Of a stretch of 64,000 nt of DNA, positions 1 to 23,024 are shown piece by piece; the first letter of the stretch is position 1, and each line of letters begins with the position of its first letter. The stretch lies in assembly GCF_009914755.1 (NCBI RefSeq), contig NC_060932.1; one strand, written 5' to 3'. The notes beneath the pieces were generated by a model that worked only from the letters and a program-made list of their open reading frames with translations, was not told the origin of the DNA and did no database searches. The translations under genes were made by a program, and so were the position numbers. The DNA comes from the human T2T-CHM13v2.0 reference genome, Homo sapiens.

Positions 1-146
1 CTCCTTTTACATGGTTTTTACTTCCTACTTGATTTCTCCAGTTGCTTTTTGCTCCTCCCTCTAGTGGAGGATGGCTTGAGGATCACTTCACAGTGAGCAG
101 GGGCTATTGAGGATTCCTACTCCATCACCTCAGCTGAGATGTCTGA

Positions 147-477
<331 letters not shown>

Positions 478-1947
478 TAGATCTTACGAAGCCCCTGCCT
501 TTTTGCCAAGTTAATTGCTGCTATAAATACAGTTAATTTTAAAAATATACTTTCTTTACATATTTGAGGTTTGAAAGGCTTATAAATAACACACTTCTTT
601 TCCCCAACCAAGTTCAGAATTGAGAGACACACAGAGTCAGGGAGATGGAAATAAAATATCGCCTTTGTTCCTAATAAAGCTGTGGGAGAATTTGCTTCAG
701 ATGAGAGAGCTTCATGGTGTTGCTAAGGATGCTCTACAGAACTAAAATGACACACTGTGTCAGAGGAAGTGCTGGAGGGCTGCAATTGCAGGACTCCCTG
801 CAGCGGTCCCTGTCTCCTCCACTCCCAGACACTGGGCAGAACCAGTGGTGCTAAGTTTACTACATACCCAAGAGCAGATAAATACACACATTCTCTGCAG
901 GTTGGAGAAATTGAAACTGCAATTGAGCCGGCCATATTCTTTTTCTCATACTCACCTCTCAGATTTCTCTTGCTCTACTCACTCCTCCTCCCTCCAGAAA
1001 CACCAAGTAAGAGATAGAGGGAGAGGCAAGGAACATTAGGATATCACTTCACCAGGCAACACAGGGAGTGCTTACTAGCATTTCCTCTGAATGTGGACTT
1101 TTATTTGAAACATTTCATATAACTTGACAATTCTCTCCTTACGTACAGATAGCGTTGCTGGCACTGCCATAGAAGAATCTATTCTGTTTGCTATTCCTTA
1201 TCAAGTCTCCAAACAATTTCTGTAAACTAGAACGAATTTATCATACAAGGAATCACGCCAACATTTGTAAGGGTTCCAAAGTATAAGACACTGTTTATGC
1301 CCTCAAGATGTTTAAAAATCTAGTTGGAGACACTAGACCTGAACAAACAAAGTTAAGCCATTAAATATTTTAATAACAACTCAATACAATCCTGTGAATA
1401 CAGGTCAGCACACAATTAACTTTTATGTGAATTTAAAGTAAAATAAGAGCTCAGAAGAAGAAATCTTGATAGGCTGGGGTGGTGGGACAATGTTTTGCTG
1501 AGGAGGTATGATTTGGGTTTTCAAAAATGGACAAGGATTTAAGAGAGAAGAGGGAATCATAAAAAGATGGAAGAAGCCAAAGGAAAAACTGTAGCCTGCA
1601 GCAGAGGTGTTTTACAAGGGCAAGATTAGAAGGCAATTTTCAAAATTCAAATCTGTTTAGCAACAGTCTCAGCAGCCACAGTTATAAAATTGGTATTCCA
1701 CTCCAAGGTTTTTGTATCAAGTAAGATGTATGCAAAGCAACAAGAATATAGTAAGTACCCAATAAATGTTAGTTATTGTTTTCAATATCATCATTACACA
1801 TTATTATTAGTAGTACTCACCAGTTAAATTGCCAATGATTTCTGGAACATTTGCTGATAAAGTTTATTAATGTAGAATTTATTTGGCCTCTCATGTCCTA
1901 GCAGCCTGTTCAGCCTTCTCTAAGTAGCACTCTTTTTTAAAAGCAAA

Positions 1948-2012
1948 GAAGGAAGGAAAGAAGGAAGGAAGGAAGGAAGGAAGGAAGGAAGGAAGGAAGG
2001 AAGGAAGGAAGG
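1948..2012 (+). repeat. (GGAA)n microsatellite
   Basis: About 12 uninterrupted GGAA units at 1963-2010, plus imperfect upstream units. Confidence 0.97.
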
Positions 2013-2284
2013 GCTCTTTATTATAAAAAATTCCAAACATTTACAAAAATAACAGCATATATACCCATCACCCAGATTCAACAATTATCAACTCATGAGC
2101 AATCTTACCATTTCAGCTATATTGTACCCAGAATATTTTGAAGAAAATCTCAAACTTCATGTCATTTTATTCTTAAATTTACAGCATGTATTCTTTTTGA
2201 AAAATATAACCACAATATAATTCCCACAACTAAAAATATGTTTAAATATCCAAACAATGCTCAAATGTCTTCACTTGGTTCATT

Positions 2285-2779
2285 TGCTTAGTCCGTTTTG
2301 TGCTGCTGTAACAGAATACCAGAGACTGGATAATTCTTCCCCTCTGCTTTCCTCTTCAGTCAGGCTATAAGCACTACTATCTCTCATATTTTCCTTTTCT
2401 TCTTTTGATGTTCAATATTAAACATTTTATATCAAAAATTACCTGTGTGATAATATTTGTCAAGTTATAAGAAGTCATCCCACCTCACCATGGGTAATTT
2501 AAAGCATAGTATTGGTGTCTGGCAGGGCCTTTATGCTGCATCATCCAATGGTGGACGTGGAAGAGAAAGAGAGGGCAAGAGCAGAGAGGGCCAAGCTTGC
2601 TTTTATAACAAATTCACTCTTGAAGTAACAAACTCGCTACTGTGATAACAGCATTAATCCATTCATGAAGCAGAGCTCTCATGAGCTAATCACCTCTTAA
2701 AGGTCCCACCTCTCAACACTGTTGCCTTGGGGATTGTTTCCAACATGTGAACTTTGGGGGACAAACTCAAACCATAGCA
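2285..2779 (-). mobile_element. MaLR solo LTR (MST/MLT1A-like), interrupted by a captured 160-bp segment
   Basis: Termini tgcttagtccgttttgtgctgc and aaaccatagca, and the internal ctaatcacctcttaaaggtcccacctctcaacac typical of antisense MST LTRs. Confidence 0.85.
2332..2490 (+). repeat. Dispersed direct repeat, copy of 5066-5226
   Basis: aattcttcccctctgctttcctc...aagtcatccc/tacctcacca is present at both positions with only scattered differences. Confidence 0.95.
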
Positions 2780-3409
2780 GTGATCATTGATAGTATTTTT
2801 GCTTTTGAATCATTTTTAAATTGTGGATTTAAGCATATTTGAAATGTTTTGGTTCACTGTAGTTGTGGTCCTCATTGATGATCAAATTGTCACATCATTC
2901 ATCAATGGGGATACTACTAAAGTTGACTCTTGAGTCCTTTGGCTGCATCTTTGATGGTCTTTAATAGGCTCTATGCTTTGTAGTATGATGAGATGCTATA
3001 GGGTCATGTTGAACATTTTCTGCCCCAGATTTTCCACTTCTCTGAGGAATTCTGGTTCCTTCGGCAAATAAATGGTGCTACCAGGTCAAGACCTTGACAT
3101 CAAGTTTGCTGATTGCTACTGTGTCAGCCCTTATTTTCAGGATTTCTTAGTGAAAAGCTATAAATATGTGGTTATTTTGTTGTTGTTTTAAGGTCATATA
3201 CATCATAAACTAAAATTTATATTTCTGATTCAAACTTAGGACAAGATTTTTAACTTAGCCTCATTTGTGTTACATCTTTTGACAAACACACAAACATAAC
3301 TACTCATTTACTTCATCCACACAATACACATTCAGAAGTCTTAAAATGAGAATGCTAATACTATCACCTACAATGTGATTATTAAAACAGTTTTTAAAAA
3401 ATGTTTTTC

Positions 3410-3744
<335 letters not shown>

Positions 3745-3994
3745 TCAAAGCAGTGTGTTTGAAAGTCACTTGAAATAGTTTCTTTCTGAATGGTGTGCCA
3801 TAAACTCAAATTCTGATATTAATTTATTTCACTTTACTTTTACTTTCTATAATTTTATATTTAATTTTGTATAATTATGTGAATATTTACATGATTTCAA
3901 AAACAAAATAATATCTATTCAGAGAAACATAAGCTTCTATCCTTGTCACCTCCAACACATGCCCATAAACACACACGCATACTTGTTTACCCTA

Positions 3995-4470
3995 TGTTAG
4001 AGTTTGAATTATGTTCTCCAAAAAGATACGTTGAGGTCCTAATCTAAGGTACCTGCAACTGTGACCTTATATGGAAATAGGATCTTTACAGATGTAATCA
4101 AGTTAAGATGAGGTCATACTAGATTAGGGTGGACCCTAATCCAGTGACAAGTGTCTTTATAAGAGAAAGATGAGGGAGATTTGGATCCAGAGACACAGGT
4201 GCACACAGCAGGAAGACAGTCACATGAATAAGGAAGCAGATATTGGAGTGATGCAGCTACAAGCCAAGGAATGCCAAGGATGGCCAGCAGCCACCAAAAG
4301 CTAGAAAGAGGCAAGTTAGGACTCTTCCCTAGAGCTTCCAGAGACAGCATGCCCCACCAACACTTTGATTTTAGACCTATACCCTTCAGACTGTGAAAGC
4401 ATGAATCTATGTCATTTTAAGCCACTCAGTTTGTGGTATGTTTTCATGGCATCCCTGGGAAACTAATACA
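3995..4470 (+). mobile_element. MaLR solo LTR (MLT1C-like)
   Basis: Starts tgttagagtttgaatt, contains gtgaccttatatggaaatagg and acaagccaaggaatgccaagg, ends ggaaactaataca. Confidence 0.85.
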
Positions 4471-5789
4471 TACCCTCCCCACTCCCATTCCCCGGGCCCT
4501 TAAATTAATGAGACACACACTTTTCTTCATCTTGCCTTTTTGACCTGAAATCTATATCCCAAAGATTACCCCATGATGTCATATGAAGACATTTCTCATG
4601 CGTTTTTACATCTGCATAGGACTCTAGTTTCTGCATACACCATACTTTATTCAACTAGTTCTCTGTTGATCAAAATGTGAGCCTTTTCTAGCATTTTGCT
4701 ATCATCAATATTACTACTAATAGCCTTCAGAATGATCTTTTTATATTTTTTCTAGTATCATGGTAGGTACAGTAAGTTCCTAGAAGTGGGATTACTCAGA
4801 GGGTAAAGGCACATATAATATTGCAAAATATTACCAAATTCCACCCCAAACATTTTTCCCGTCTTGCATTCACGTTAACCACATATAAGGGTGCCAATTT
4901 CTCAGCAGATTCAACAATAGACGGCCTTATCAATCTTCTGGATTTTTATCAATTGGATAGGTGAGAAATGTTTTATTTGCATAGTCTACATTTGCATTTT
5001 TCTTATTATGAGCAAAAGCATTGCTCTTCAAGTAGTTTGCAAAATTGAACAGACATATATGAATCAATTCTTCCCCTCTGCTTTCCTCCTCAGTCAGGCT
5101 GTAAGCACTACTGTCTCTCATATTTTCCTTTTCTTCTTTTGATGTTCAATATTAAACATACTTAATATCAAAAATTACCTGTGTGATAATATTTTTCAAG
5201 TTATAAGAAGTCATCCTACCTCACCAAACCTATAATACACTTAATTCAATAAATGTTAAGTTAGCACCTATCATGCAGCAGGCACTGTACAAGTTTTTAG
5301 GGAGTACAGAAAAAGGAAATAGAGAAAGAACTTCTTTCTTAAAAACCTTATCACCTAAAAGGAAATATAGAAACCTATAGATAGGTATGTAAAGCTCCAT
5401 ACAACTATACAAAGTTATATGGATGATATTGATATAGGCACGTATACATAACATACACACACACACCTCGTAACTGAATAACACAGTAGTAGTAGAGTCG
5501 AGAAAGGGCAGGGAGGAGAAAATGATTCAGAGGATTATCTCAATTTTATTTTAAGACACATTTCTTTGAGTTAATACAGTACTCTATAAGCATAAATATT
5601 TCTGGAAATGGTAAAACACTTGGCTATATAATCATTCACAGCTTAGCAAAAATTAGCTAACCCAAATATTTTCCTTTTTACCATCACCTGAGATCTGTTG
5701 CCTTTCTAAATGAGGAATCTCCCTTGAAATAAAAGGATATAGTGTGAAATGAGAACATTTGACGACCAGAAAATAACAGGAGAAAATGA

Positions 5790-6040
5790 GGTGAACTAGA
5801 AAGGCTGCATAATCTTGTGCTTAAAATCTAGGGCTCTGGAGCCATAACAGACTGGGTTTGAATCTTGACTCTACAACTAACTAGCTATAGAATTTTGTGC
5901 CAGTTCTTTAAGTAGTCTGGGGCTGTTTTCTCATCAAATACATAATACAAAATTTCCCAATATTACATAAATAGTAAGCAATAATAATAATACCTATTCC
6001 ATAGAGTTTCTGTGAGAATTAAATGCGAAGAAAAGAGGGA
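5790..6040 (-). mobile_element. MIR SINE remnant
   Basis: gggctctggagcc...ctgggtttgaatcttgactct...gttttctcatc...ctgtgagaattaaatg, the MIR core. Confidence 0.65.
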
Positions 6041-6947
6041 ATATTAAATTCTTGCTGTGCCTTCTGCTTCCAGGTAGGATAGATAATTTGTGGCAGTCGA
6101 TGTCCCCACTGAGAATAACTGAAAAGGCTTGATAGAAAAAAAGTCTGGAGAGTTGGAAACCATGGAAGATGAGGGATGTATTATAGCTGCCTTTTTCCTC
6201 CATGGGTATATTTGCTGATTATGATGGTGGGGTGATGGACTGAGAATATGAGATTTGACTGAATAGAGGATGGGGTGCAGAGAAACCAGTAGACATTTTT
6301 CAGTCTTAGCCTCCAGAGAGACAAATTGGAAACATGAGGTGCCAAATGGCTGGTGAGAAGGAAAGGATGGAGAACAGAGCCTGACATACAGCCAGTTCTC
6401 ACTCAGGACATATGTTGACTTCTGAAACTTTATGAAGTAAAGAGTTAACCAGAAAGCATCTGAGAAGCAGAGGAGAGGTTTGGACAGCCTAGCTACATTA
6501 AGAAGCAAAGACTAGAATTCAGAAACTACCAGAGTGAAGTACAGATAAATACACCAAGTTCCCAGTTGAAAGTCCCAGGGGCTTTACAACAGGAGTGGTG
6601 CAAATCAGTAAAACCACAACCAACTCTTCAGCTCAGAATCTGATTAAAGTAAGGTGACTGGACTTCATCTATCTGCCTAGCAGAGAAAGGGTTAACCCTC
6701 TCTCCTGGAAGATGGTAGGTATTACCTGAAGTCTCTAAGTTATTTTCATATGTATCATCTACCATTCAATTTTAAAATGTGCTAAATGCCAAGAGAAAAT
6801 CATATAACCAAAATGTTCTTAAGAGAATAGACAGTAGAAACAGGTTCATGGTTGATTCAGATATTGAGTTAGCAAACAAAGGCTTTTAAATAACTATGAT
6901 TCATATATTTAAGAATATATTTTAATAGAGAAAGATTAAAAACTCCC

Positions 6948-7365
6948 TAATCCATCTTGAGTTGATTTTCATATAAGATGATGATCCAGTTTCATTCTCC
7001 CACATGTGGCTAGCCAGTTTTCCCCAGCACCATTTGTTGAAAAGGGTGTCCTTTACCACTTTATATTTTTGTTTGCTTTGTCGAAGATCAGTCGGCTGTA
7101 AGTATTTGGGTTTATTTCTGGTTTCTCTATTCTGTTCTATTGGTCTATGTGCCTATGTTTATACCAGTACCACACTGTTTTGGTGACTATGGCCTTATAG
7201 TATATTTTAAATCAGGTAGGGTAATGCCTCCAGATTTGTTCTTTTTGCTTAGTCTTGCTTTGGCTATGTGGACTCTTTTTGGGTTCCATATGAATTTCAG
7301 AACTGTTTTTTCTAATTCTGTGAAGAAGGATGATGATATTTTGATGGGGATTGCATTGAATTTGT
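6948..7365 (-). mobile_element. Internal L1 ORF2 fragment (old L1PA/L1PB)
   Basis: Translation [50 protein letters not shown] is L1 ORF2. No 3'UTR or poly-A. Confidence 0.9.
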
Positions 7366-7425
7366 ACCAAAGTTGGCATCTATATAAATGTATCAATGGA
7401 AATTTTAGAGAAAAAATATAGTAAC

Positions 7426-7817
7426 AGTTATGGATTGAATTATATCTCTCTAAAATTCATGTTTTGAAGCCCCAATGCACTGTACCTCAGAGAGTGACCA
7501 AATTTGGAAATAAGGCCTTGTAAAAGGTAATGAAGTCAAAATTAGGTTATTAAGGTAGGCCCTAACCCAACCCAATCAGTGTCCTTAAGGGAAGATATTA
7601 TAACACACAGAGCCATCAAGGGCACACATTCACAGAGGGATGACCATGTGATGGGGCAGCAGGAGAGCAAGATCTGCAAACCACAGAGAAGATCCCAACC
7701 CTGTCAGCACCTTCATCTCAGACTTGTAGCCTCTAGAACTGTGAGAACAGAAAAGTCTATTGTTTCAGCCACCTGGCTGGTGGTATTTTGTTATGGCAGA
7801 CCTAGAACACCAATACA
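7426..7817 (+). mobile_element. MaLR solo LTR (MLT1B-like)
   Basis: Starts agttatggattgaatt, contains tttggaaataaggcc and tagcctctagaactgtgaga, ends caataca. Confidence 0.8.
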
Positions 7818-7971
7818 AAAACTGAAAATGAGAACTCAATAAACAAATCTAGCAGCAAAATGAACATAGCTGAACAGGAATACAGATCAATAGAAAATAT
7901 CCAAACTGAAGCACAAAGAAAAGAGAGACGGAAAATGCAGAAAAGAGCTAGTTGACAAAGTAAAAAATATT

Positions 7972-9001
7972 GGAGGGGTGGAGCCAACATGGCCAAATAG
8001 GAACAGCTCCAGTCTACAGCTCCCACCATGAGCCATGCAGAAGACAGGTGATTTCTGAATTTCCAACTGAGGTACCGGGTTCCTCTCACTGGGGAGTGCC
8101 AGATAGTGGGTGTAGGACAGTGGGTGCAGCACATCGTGCATGAGCCAAAGCAGGGTGAGGCGTCGCCTCACCCGGGAACCACAAGGGGTCAGGGAATTCC
8201 CTCTCCTAGTCAAAGAAAGGGGTGACAGATGGCACCTGGAAAATTGGGTCACTCTCACCCTAATACTGTGCTTTTGCATCGGGCTTAACAAACAGCACAC
8301 CAGGAGATTATATTCCGCACATGGCTTGGAGGGTCCTAAGCCCACAGAGCCTCACTCATTGCTAGCACAGCAGTCTGAGATCAAACTGCAAGGCAGCAGT
8401 GAGGCTGGGGGAAGGGTGCCCGCTATTGCTCAGGCTTGAGTAGGTAAACAAAGTGGCCGGGAAGCTCGAACTGGGTGGAGCCCACCACAGCTCAAGGAGG
8501 CCTGCCTGCCTCTGTAGGCTCCACCTCTGGGGGCAGGGCACAGAAAAACAAAAGACAGCAATAATCTCTGCAGACTTAAATGTCCCTGTCTGACAGCTTT
8601 GATGAGAGTAGTGGTTCTCCCAGCACTCAGCTTGAGATCTGAGAATGGGCAGACTGCCTCCTCAAGTGGGTCCCTGACTCCCGAGTAGCCTAACTGGGAG
8701 GCACCTCCCAGTAGGGACGGACTGACACCTCACATGGCCAGGTACTCCTCTGAGACAAAACTTCCAGAGGAACGATCAGGCAGCAGCATTTGCAGTTCAC
8801 CAATATCCGCTGTTCTGCAGCCACCGCTGCTGATACCCAGGCAAACAGGGTCTGGAGTGGACCTCCAGTAAACTCCAACAGACCTGCAGCTGAGGGTCCT
8901 GACTGTTAGAAGGAAAACTAACAAACAGAAAGGACATCCACACCAAGAACTCATCTGTATGTTACCATCATCAAAGACCAAAGGTAGATAAAACCACAAA
9001 G
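7972..9001 (+). promoter_or_regulatory. L1 5'UTR internal promoter with YY1-like site and retained ~129-bp segment
   Basis: caacatggcc near 7985. The segment at 8749-8876, between ggtactcc and aacagacctgcagc, is the one deleted in younger L1PA3/PA2/HS elements. Confidence 0.8.
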
Positions 9002-10020
9002 ATGGGGAAAAAAAAGGAGCAGAAAAACTGGAAATCCTAAAAATCAGAGCACCTCTCCTCCTCAAAGGAACGCAGCTCCTCACCAGCAATGGAACAAAGC
9101 TGGACGGAGAATGACTTTGACAAGTAGAGAGAGGAAGGCTTCAGAAGATCAAACTACTCTGAGCTAAAGGAGGAAGTTCGAACCAATGGCAAAGAAGTTA
9201 AAAACTTTGAAAAAAATTAGACGAATGGATAACTAGAATAACCAATGCAGAGAAGTCCTTAAAGGACCTGATGGAGCTGAAAACCACGGCACAAGAACTA
9301 CGTGACAAATGCACAAGCCTCAGTAACCGATGCGATCAAAAACTGGAAGAAAGGGTATCAGAGATGAAAGACGAAATGAAAAAAATGAAGTGTGAAGAGA
9401 AGTTTAGAGAAAAAAGAATAAAAAGAAATGAACAAATCCTCCAAGAAATATGGGACTATGTGAAAAGACCAAATGTACGTCTAATTGGTGTACCTGAAAG
9501 TGACAGGGAGAATGGAACCAAGTTGGAAAACACTCCGAGGTATATTATCCAAGAGAACTTCCCCAATCTAGCAAGGCAGGCCAACATTCAAATTCAGGAA
9601 ATACAGAGAACGCCACAAAGATACTCCTCGAGAAGAGCAACTCCAAGGCAGATAACTGTCAGATTCACCAAAGTTAAAATGGAGGAAAAAATGTTAAGGG
9701 CAGCCAGAGAGAAAGGAGGGGTTACCCACAAAGGGAAGTGCATCACACTAACAGCTGATCTCTCAGCAGAAACTCTACGAACCAGAAGAGGGTGCGGGCC
9801 AAAATTCAACATTCTTAAAGAAAAGAATTTTCAACCCAGAATTTCATATCCAGCCAAACTTAGCTTCTTAAGTGAAAGAGAAAGAAAATCCTTTGCAGAC
9901 AAGCAAATGCTGAGAGATTTTGTTACCACCAGCCCTGCCCTAAAAGAGCTCCTGAAGGAAGCACTAAACATGGAAAGGAACAACCAGTACCAGCCACTAC
10001 AAAAACATATCAAATTGTAA
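9002..10020 (+). pseudogene. ORF1: L1 ORF1p, disrupted
   Basis: ATG at 9002 (atggggaaaaaa). The 5' part is broken. The 249-aa C-terminal part is open (QEIWDYVKRPN, RISYPAKLSF). Confidence 0.93.
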
Positions 10021-10083
10021 AGACCATTGACACTATGAAGAAACTCCATCAACTAATGGGCAAAATAACCAGCTAACATCATA

Positions 10084-13961
<3,878 letters not shown>

Positions 13962-14633
13962 ATTAAGAAAATGTGGCACATATACACCGTGGAATACTAT
14001 GCAGCCATAAAAAATGATGCGTTCATGTCCTTTGTAGAGACATGGATGAAGCTGGAAACCATCATTCTCAGCAAACTATCGCAAGGACAAAAAACCAAAC
14101 ACCGCATGTTCTCACTCATAGGTGGGAATTGAACAATGAGAACACATGGACACAGGAAGGGGAACATCACACACCGGGGCCTGTTGTGGGGTGGGGGGAG
14201 GGGGTAGGGATAACATTAGGAGATATACCTAATGCTAAATGACGAGTTAATGGGTGCAGCACACCAACATGGCACATGTATACATATGTAACAAACCTGC
14301 ACGTTGTGCACATGTACCCTAAAACTTAAAGTATAATAATAATAAAAAAGTAAAAAAATATTATTTGTGTATAGTAGGAGTCCCAGAAGAACAGAGAGAG
14401 AAGGGAGCAGAAGTGATGTTAATATTTGAAAAGATGGTGGATGAAAATTTCTAAAACAATAGAAAAACATCAAATCATAGCTACAAGAAGCTCCACAAAC
14501 TCCAAAAAGGATAAATATAAAGAAAACCACACCAAGGTACATAAGGGTAAAACTTTTTTTAAGAAAAAAAGGCAAAAATAAAAAGACATATTATCTTCAA
14601 AGGATCCACAACAACACTAACAATCAATTTCTT

Positions 14634-16454
<1,821 letters not shown>

Positions 16455-16766
16455 ACTAACAATCAATTTCTTAACAGAAACAATGGCAGCCAGAAGATAG
16501 TGGAGTGATATATTTAACGTGCTAAAAGAAAATAACTGCCTACTACAATTCTATATCCAGTGAATGTAGCTATAAAAAAAAAGGTTGTTTCAGACCAAAA
16601 AGAACAAAAAAGAAAGAAAAGATAACCTGAGTGAATTCATCTCTAGACGTCCCACACTAAAAGAAATAATACTATAGGGAGTACTTAGGCAGAAGGAAAA
16701 TTATCTCAGATGGAACACAAAAATGTAAGAAAGAATGAAGAGCACCAAAAATAGTGCCTATGTGGG

Positions 16767-17165
16767 TGCTACAGATTGAATGATGTTTTTGTCCCCCCAC
16801 CAAAGTAATATGGTGAAGTCCTGACCCCCAGTGTGGCTGTATTTGTAGATAGGGCCTCTGGGAAGAAATTAAGATTAAATGAGGTCATAAGAGTGGAACC
16901 CTGATCTGACAGAATTAGTGTCCTCTGAAGAAAGAACTTCCTCTTTCTCCCTCCACACATGCACTCAGAGGCGAGACCATGTAGGCACACAGCGGGCAGG
17001 CAGCCAACTGCTACCCAAGGGGAGAGTCCTCAACATACACCATCCCTGCTGGCACCTTGATCATGGCCTTCCCAGTTTCCACAACTGTGAAAAAATTAAT
17101 TTCTATTGTTTAAGTCACCAGATTGTGGTATTTCATTATGACGGCAACCCAGGCAGACTAAGACA
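16767..17165 (+). mobile_element. MaLR solo LTR (MLT1A-like)
   Basis: tgctacagattgaatg ... gactaagaca, with 5-bp TSD gtggg on both sides. Confidence 0.88.
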
Positions 17166-17513
17166 GTGGGTAGACCTCAGTGAATACTGACAGTTCCAAT
17201 CAATAATAATAATATCTTGTGGAGGTTAAAAATGTGTTCAGAATTTAAATGCATGACAACAATAATACAAAGTTAGTGGGTGGTAAATCAAGTTCGTGTT
17301 TTAAGATTCTAGCATTATTATGGAAGAGATAAAATTAATCATTTGGATTTTAATAATTTAAGAATGCAAGCTATAAACTCCATAGTAACCATTTTAAAAT
17401 AATGACAGGATGTATAACTAACAATATAGAAAAATATACTATAATAAAAGATATCTGATTAATCCAAAGAAAGGCAAGAAATGAGAGAAAAGGACACTTA
17501 AAAGAGATGGGCC

Positions 17514-17782
17514 AAAAAAAGAGGTTTATTTCGGCTCATGATTCTGGAGGCTACAGTTGCCAGATCTGATCATCTTCCAGTGAGAGCCGCATGTTTCATC
17601 ATAACATGAGGGGAAGCCAGGTGCACACAAAAAGGGCAAAACACAAGGGCAGTCTCACTTTATGGCACCTCGCTCTTGTGGTAATTAATCCAGTATCATA
17701 AAAGTGAGAACTCTCACATTCATGAGAATTCACCCAGTCTCATGAGAGCAGCATTAATCCCTCTTAACAACCCAATCACCTT
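17514..17782 (-). mobile_element. MaLR LTR fragment (MST/MLT1A-like), termini missing
   Basis: agaggtttatttcggctcatgattctggaggct ... gcattaatcc ... cccaatcacc. Confidence 0.65.
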
Positions 17783-17890
17783 TTTTTTAAACAGGTGGGT
17801 CAAATTTTAAAAAAATGCTAATGTAGGAGGTATCAATCAAATATATCAGTAATTACATCAAATACAAGTGGACTAAAATATGCCAATTAA

Positions 17891-21091
<3,201 letters not shown>

Positions 21092-21789
21092 AAAAGAGTG
21101 TCAGAATGTATTTTTTACCTACATGTTTACAAGGAGATGTATGTTAACTCCAAAATCCTTAGCATAATGCCTGGCATATGGTGTCCTCAAAGAGGAGCTG
21201 GTATTGAAAGCCATAATTAATACTATTGTTAATGGAATTACCATCCTGAGGAACCAGGATAAAAGTTTTTCAGAAGATGTACAAAAAGGGACATGGCTAG
21301 CTCACAATTGTGCCCATTACTGGTCCACGCAGTAGACATTAAATTCATTCCATGAAGGCATAATATGAATTAAAACCAAATGTTACATCCTTTGCTTATT
21401 AAAAATTTCCCATATTAAAAGATGGTATTATATCAGTAGAATTTTACTCTGTGTTCAAACAACTGATTTATACATGAGAATTTTGAGGAAGTTCTTTATT
21501 CCATGGTGACCATTCACAGATTTTAGGTACTTCTTCAAAACAAGATTTGTTTCTTAGTTAACTAGACCTTAAAGAGCTTGTAAGTAAATATGGTGATAGC
21601 TATAGTAAAGTACTGCTCCCGATATTTGAGGCTTATTTCATAATCCAATATCATGCTTCAAAACTAATCTACACGAATCAGTGAACAGTCTTCTTCCATT
21701 GCAAATCTAACTTTAATTAGAAAAAGTTTCCATCGTTTCTTCAGGAGATTTTGGAATTAAATATTTAAAATTTCAAGAAAAGAGTAAGC

Positions 21790-22170
21790 CTTTTTTATTT
21801 TGAAACAATTCAAACTGCAGGAAACTTACAGAAAAGTTGCATGAATATAACAATAAACTCTTAACCCTGAATTACGAATTTCTGCTATTTTGCCACATTT
21901 GCTTTGTATTTTTCTCTGTCCACACGTAAGTATACACATGCATGTGTGCATATATATGTCTGTGCAGCAATTATTATTTTGCTGAGGCTTTTGAAAATGA
22001 ATTGCAGACATCATTACTTTTTGCCACTAAATATTTCCATTTATATTTCTTAAGAACAAGGAAATTTTCTTACATAGCTACAACATAATTGTCAAATTTG
22101 GGAAATTTAAAAGGATACACTACACTTAACTAATCGAGTTAATATTTAAATTTTGAAATCTAGTTCATAT
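21790..22170 (-). mobile_element. Old L1M 3'-end remnant
   Basis: ttttattttgaaacaattcaaact...gaaaagttgca...ttttgccacatttgcttt...aattgcagacatc pattern. Confidence 0.55.
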
Positions 22171-23024
22171 ATCATGTCGTCAGAGGAAGATTTCTTGCCC
22201 CCCTTCCTTTCTACTCATTTTTATTGAGTCTTCTCTACCCCTAGGCTTTTGATATCATTTTATTGTCATGCTTGCCACAGTCCAATACATTTCCTCCTAC
22301 ATCTTCTCTCCTATCTGGCCGTGGCATCCTAGAGGGCAGTAACCAAGTTTTACTTATTTTTGCGTCTCCAGTTCCTTGTATAATACCCAGCGCCTTGAAG
22401 ATCCCCAGCAATGTTTTCTGAATGAATGAAATGAATGTATCATATATACTTTCTTTGCTTCTTTGTCTCTTTGTCCAAAACACATTATATCACTGATTCA
22501 TATTTAACTTGTGGTCACCTTAAATATCTTGTTTTTTTTTCTACTATATTATTTAGTCCTACTATATTACTACATACTCACCATAAAATTTTCAGTCTGT
22601 TTGTTCATTTCTAATTAAATCCAATCTTTCCAACTTCTGTCCAACCACCGGTTACTACCATATAACCAGTTACATTATAAAACTAATATTTTTGAAGACA
22701 CATGAATGATAACGCGACATCTCATAAAAATTATAAACAAGTAATTATGTATCAAGCAAAAAAATAGAGGTCCAAATTAATATTTGTGGTTTATATCCTC
22801 GGCTTTCAATCTGACATAACTCTTCTTCCCTATCCTTTTCAAATAACCAGAAAAAGTTTTGGTGAAGGGGTACGAAGGGGGGGAGAAAAGGAGGAGAAAA
22901 TGTTGCTACAGATAATACTAAAACCTGGACTTGTGTCAACACAGATGTCATTTGGAAGCACACAGTCCCCAACTAAGTATGGCAAAGAAGAAAAGAAATG
23001 TTAAGTAGTGGCTTCCATCTACCC

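Noticed and set aside
7887-8428. Antisense L1 ORF0-frame ORF (152 aa in the track)
   Set aside because: The ORF0 start codon reads ATA here and there is an in-frame TGA at about codon 25. The listed ORF starts at GTG, so this is not an intact ORF0.
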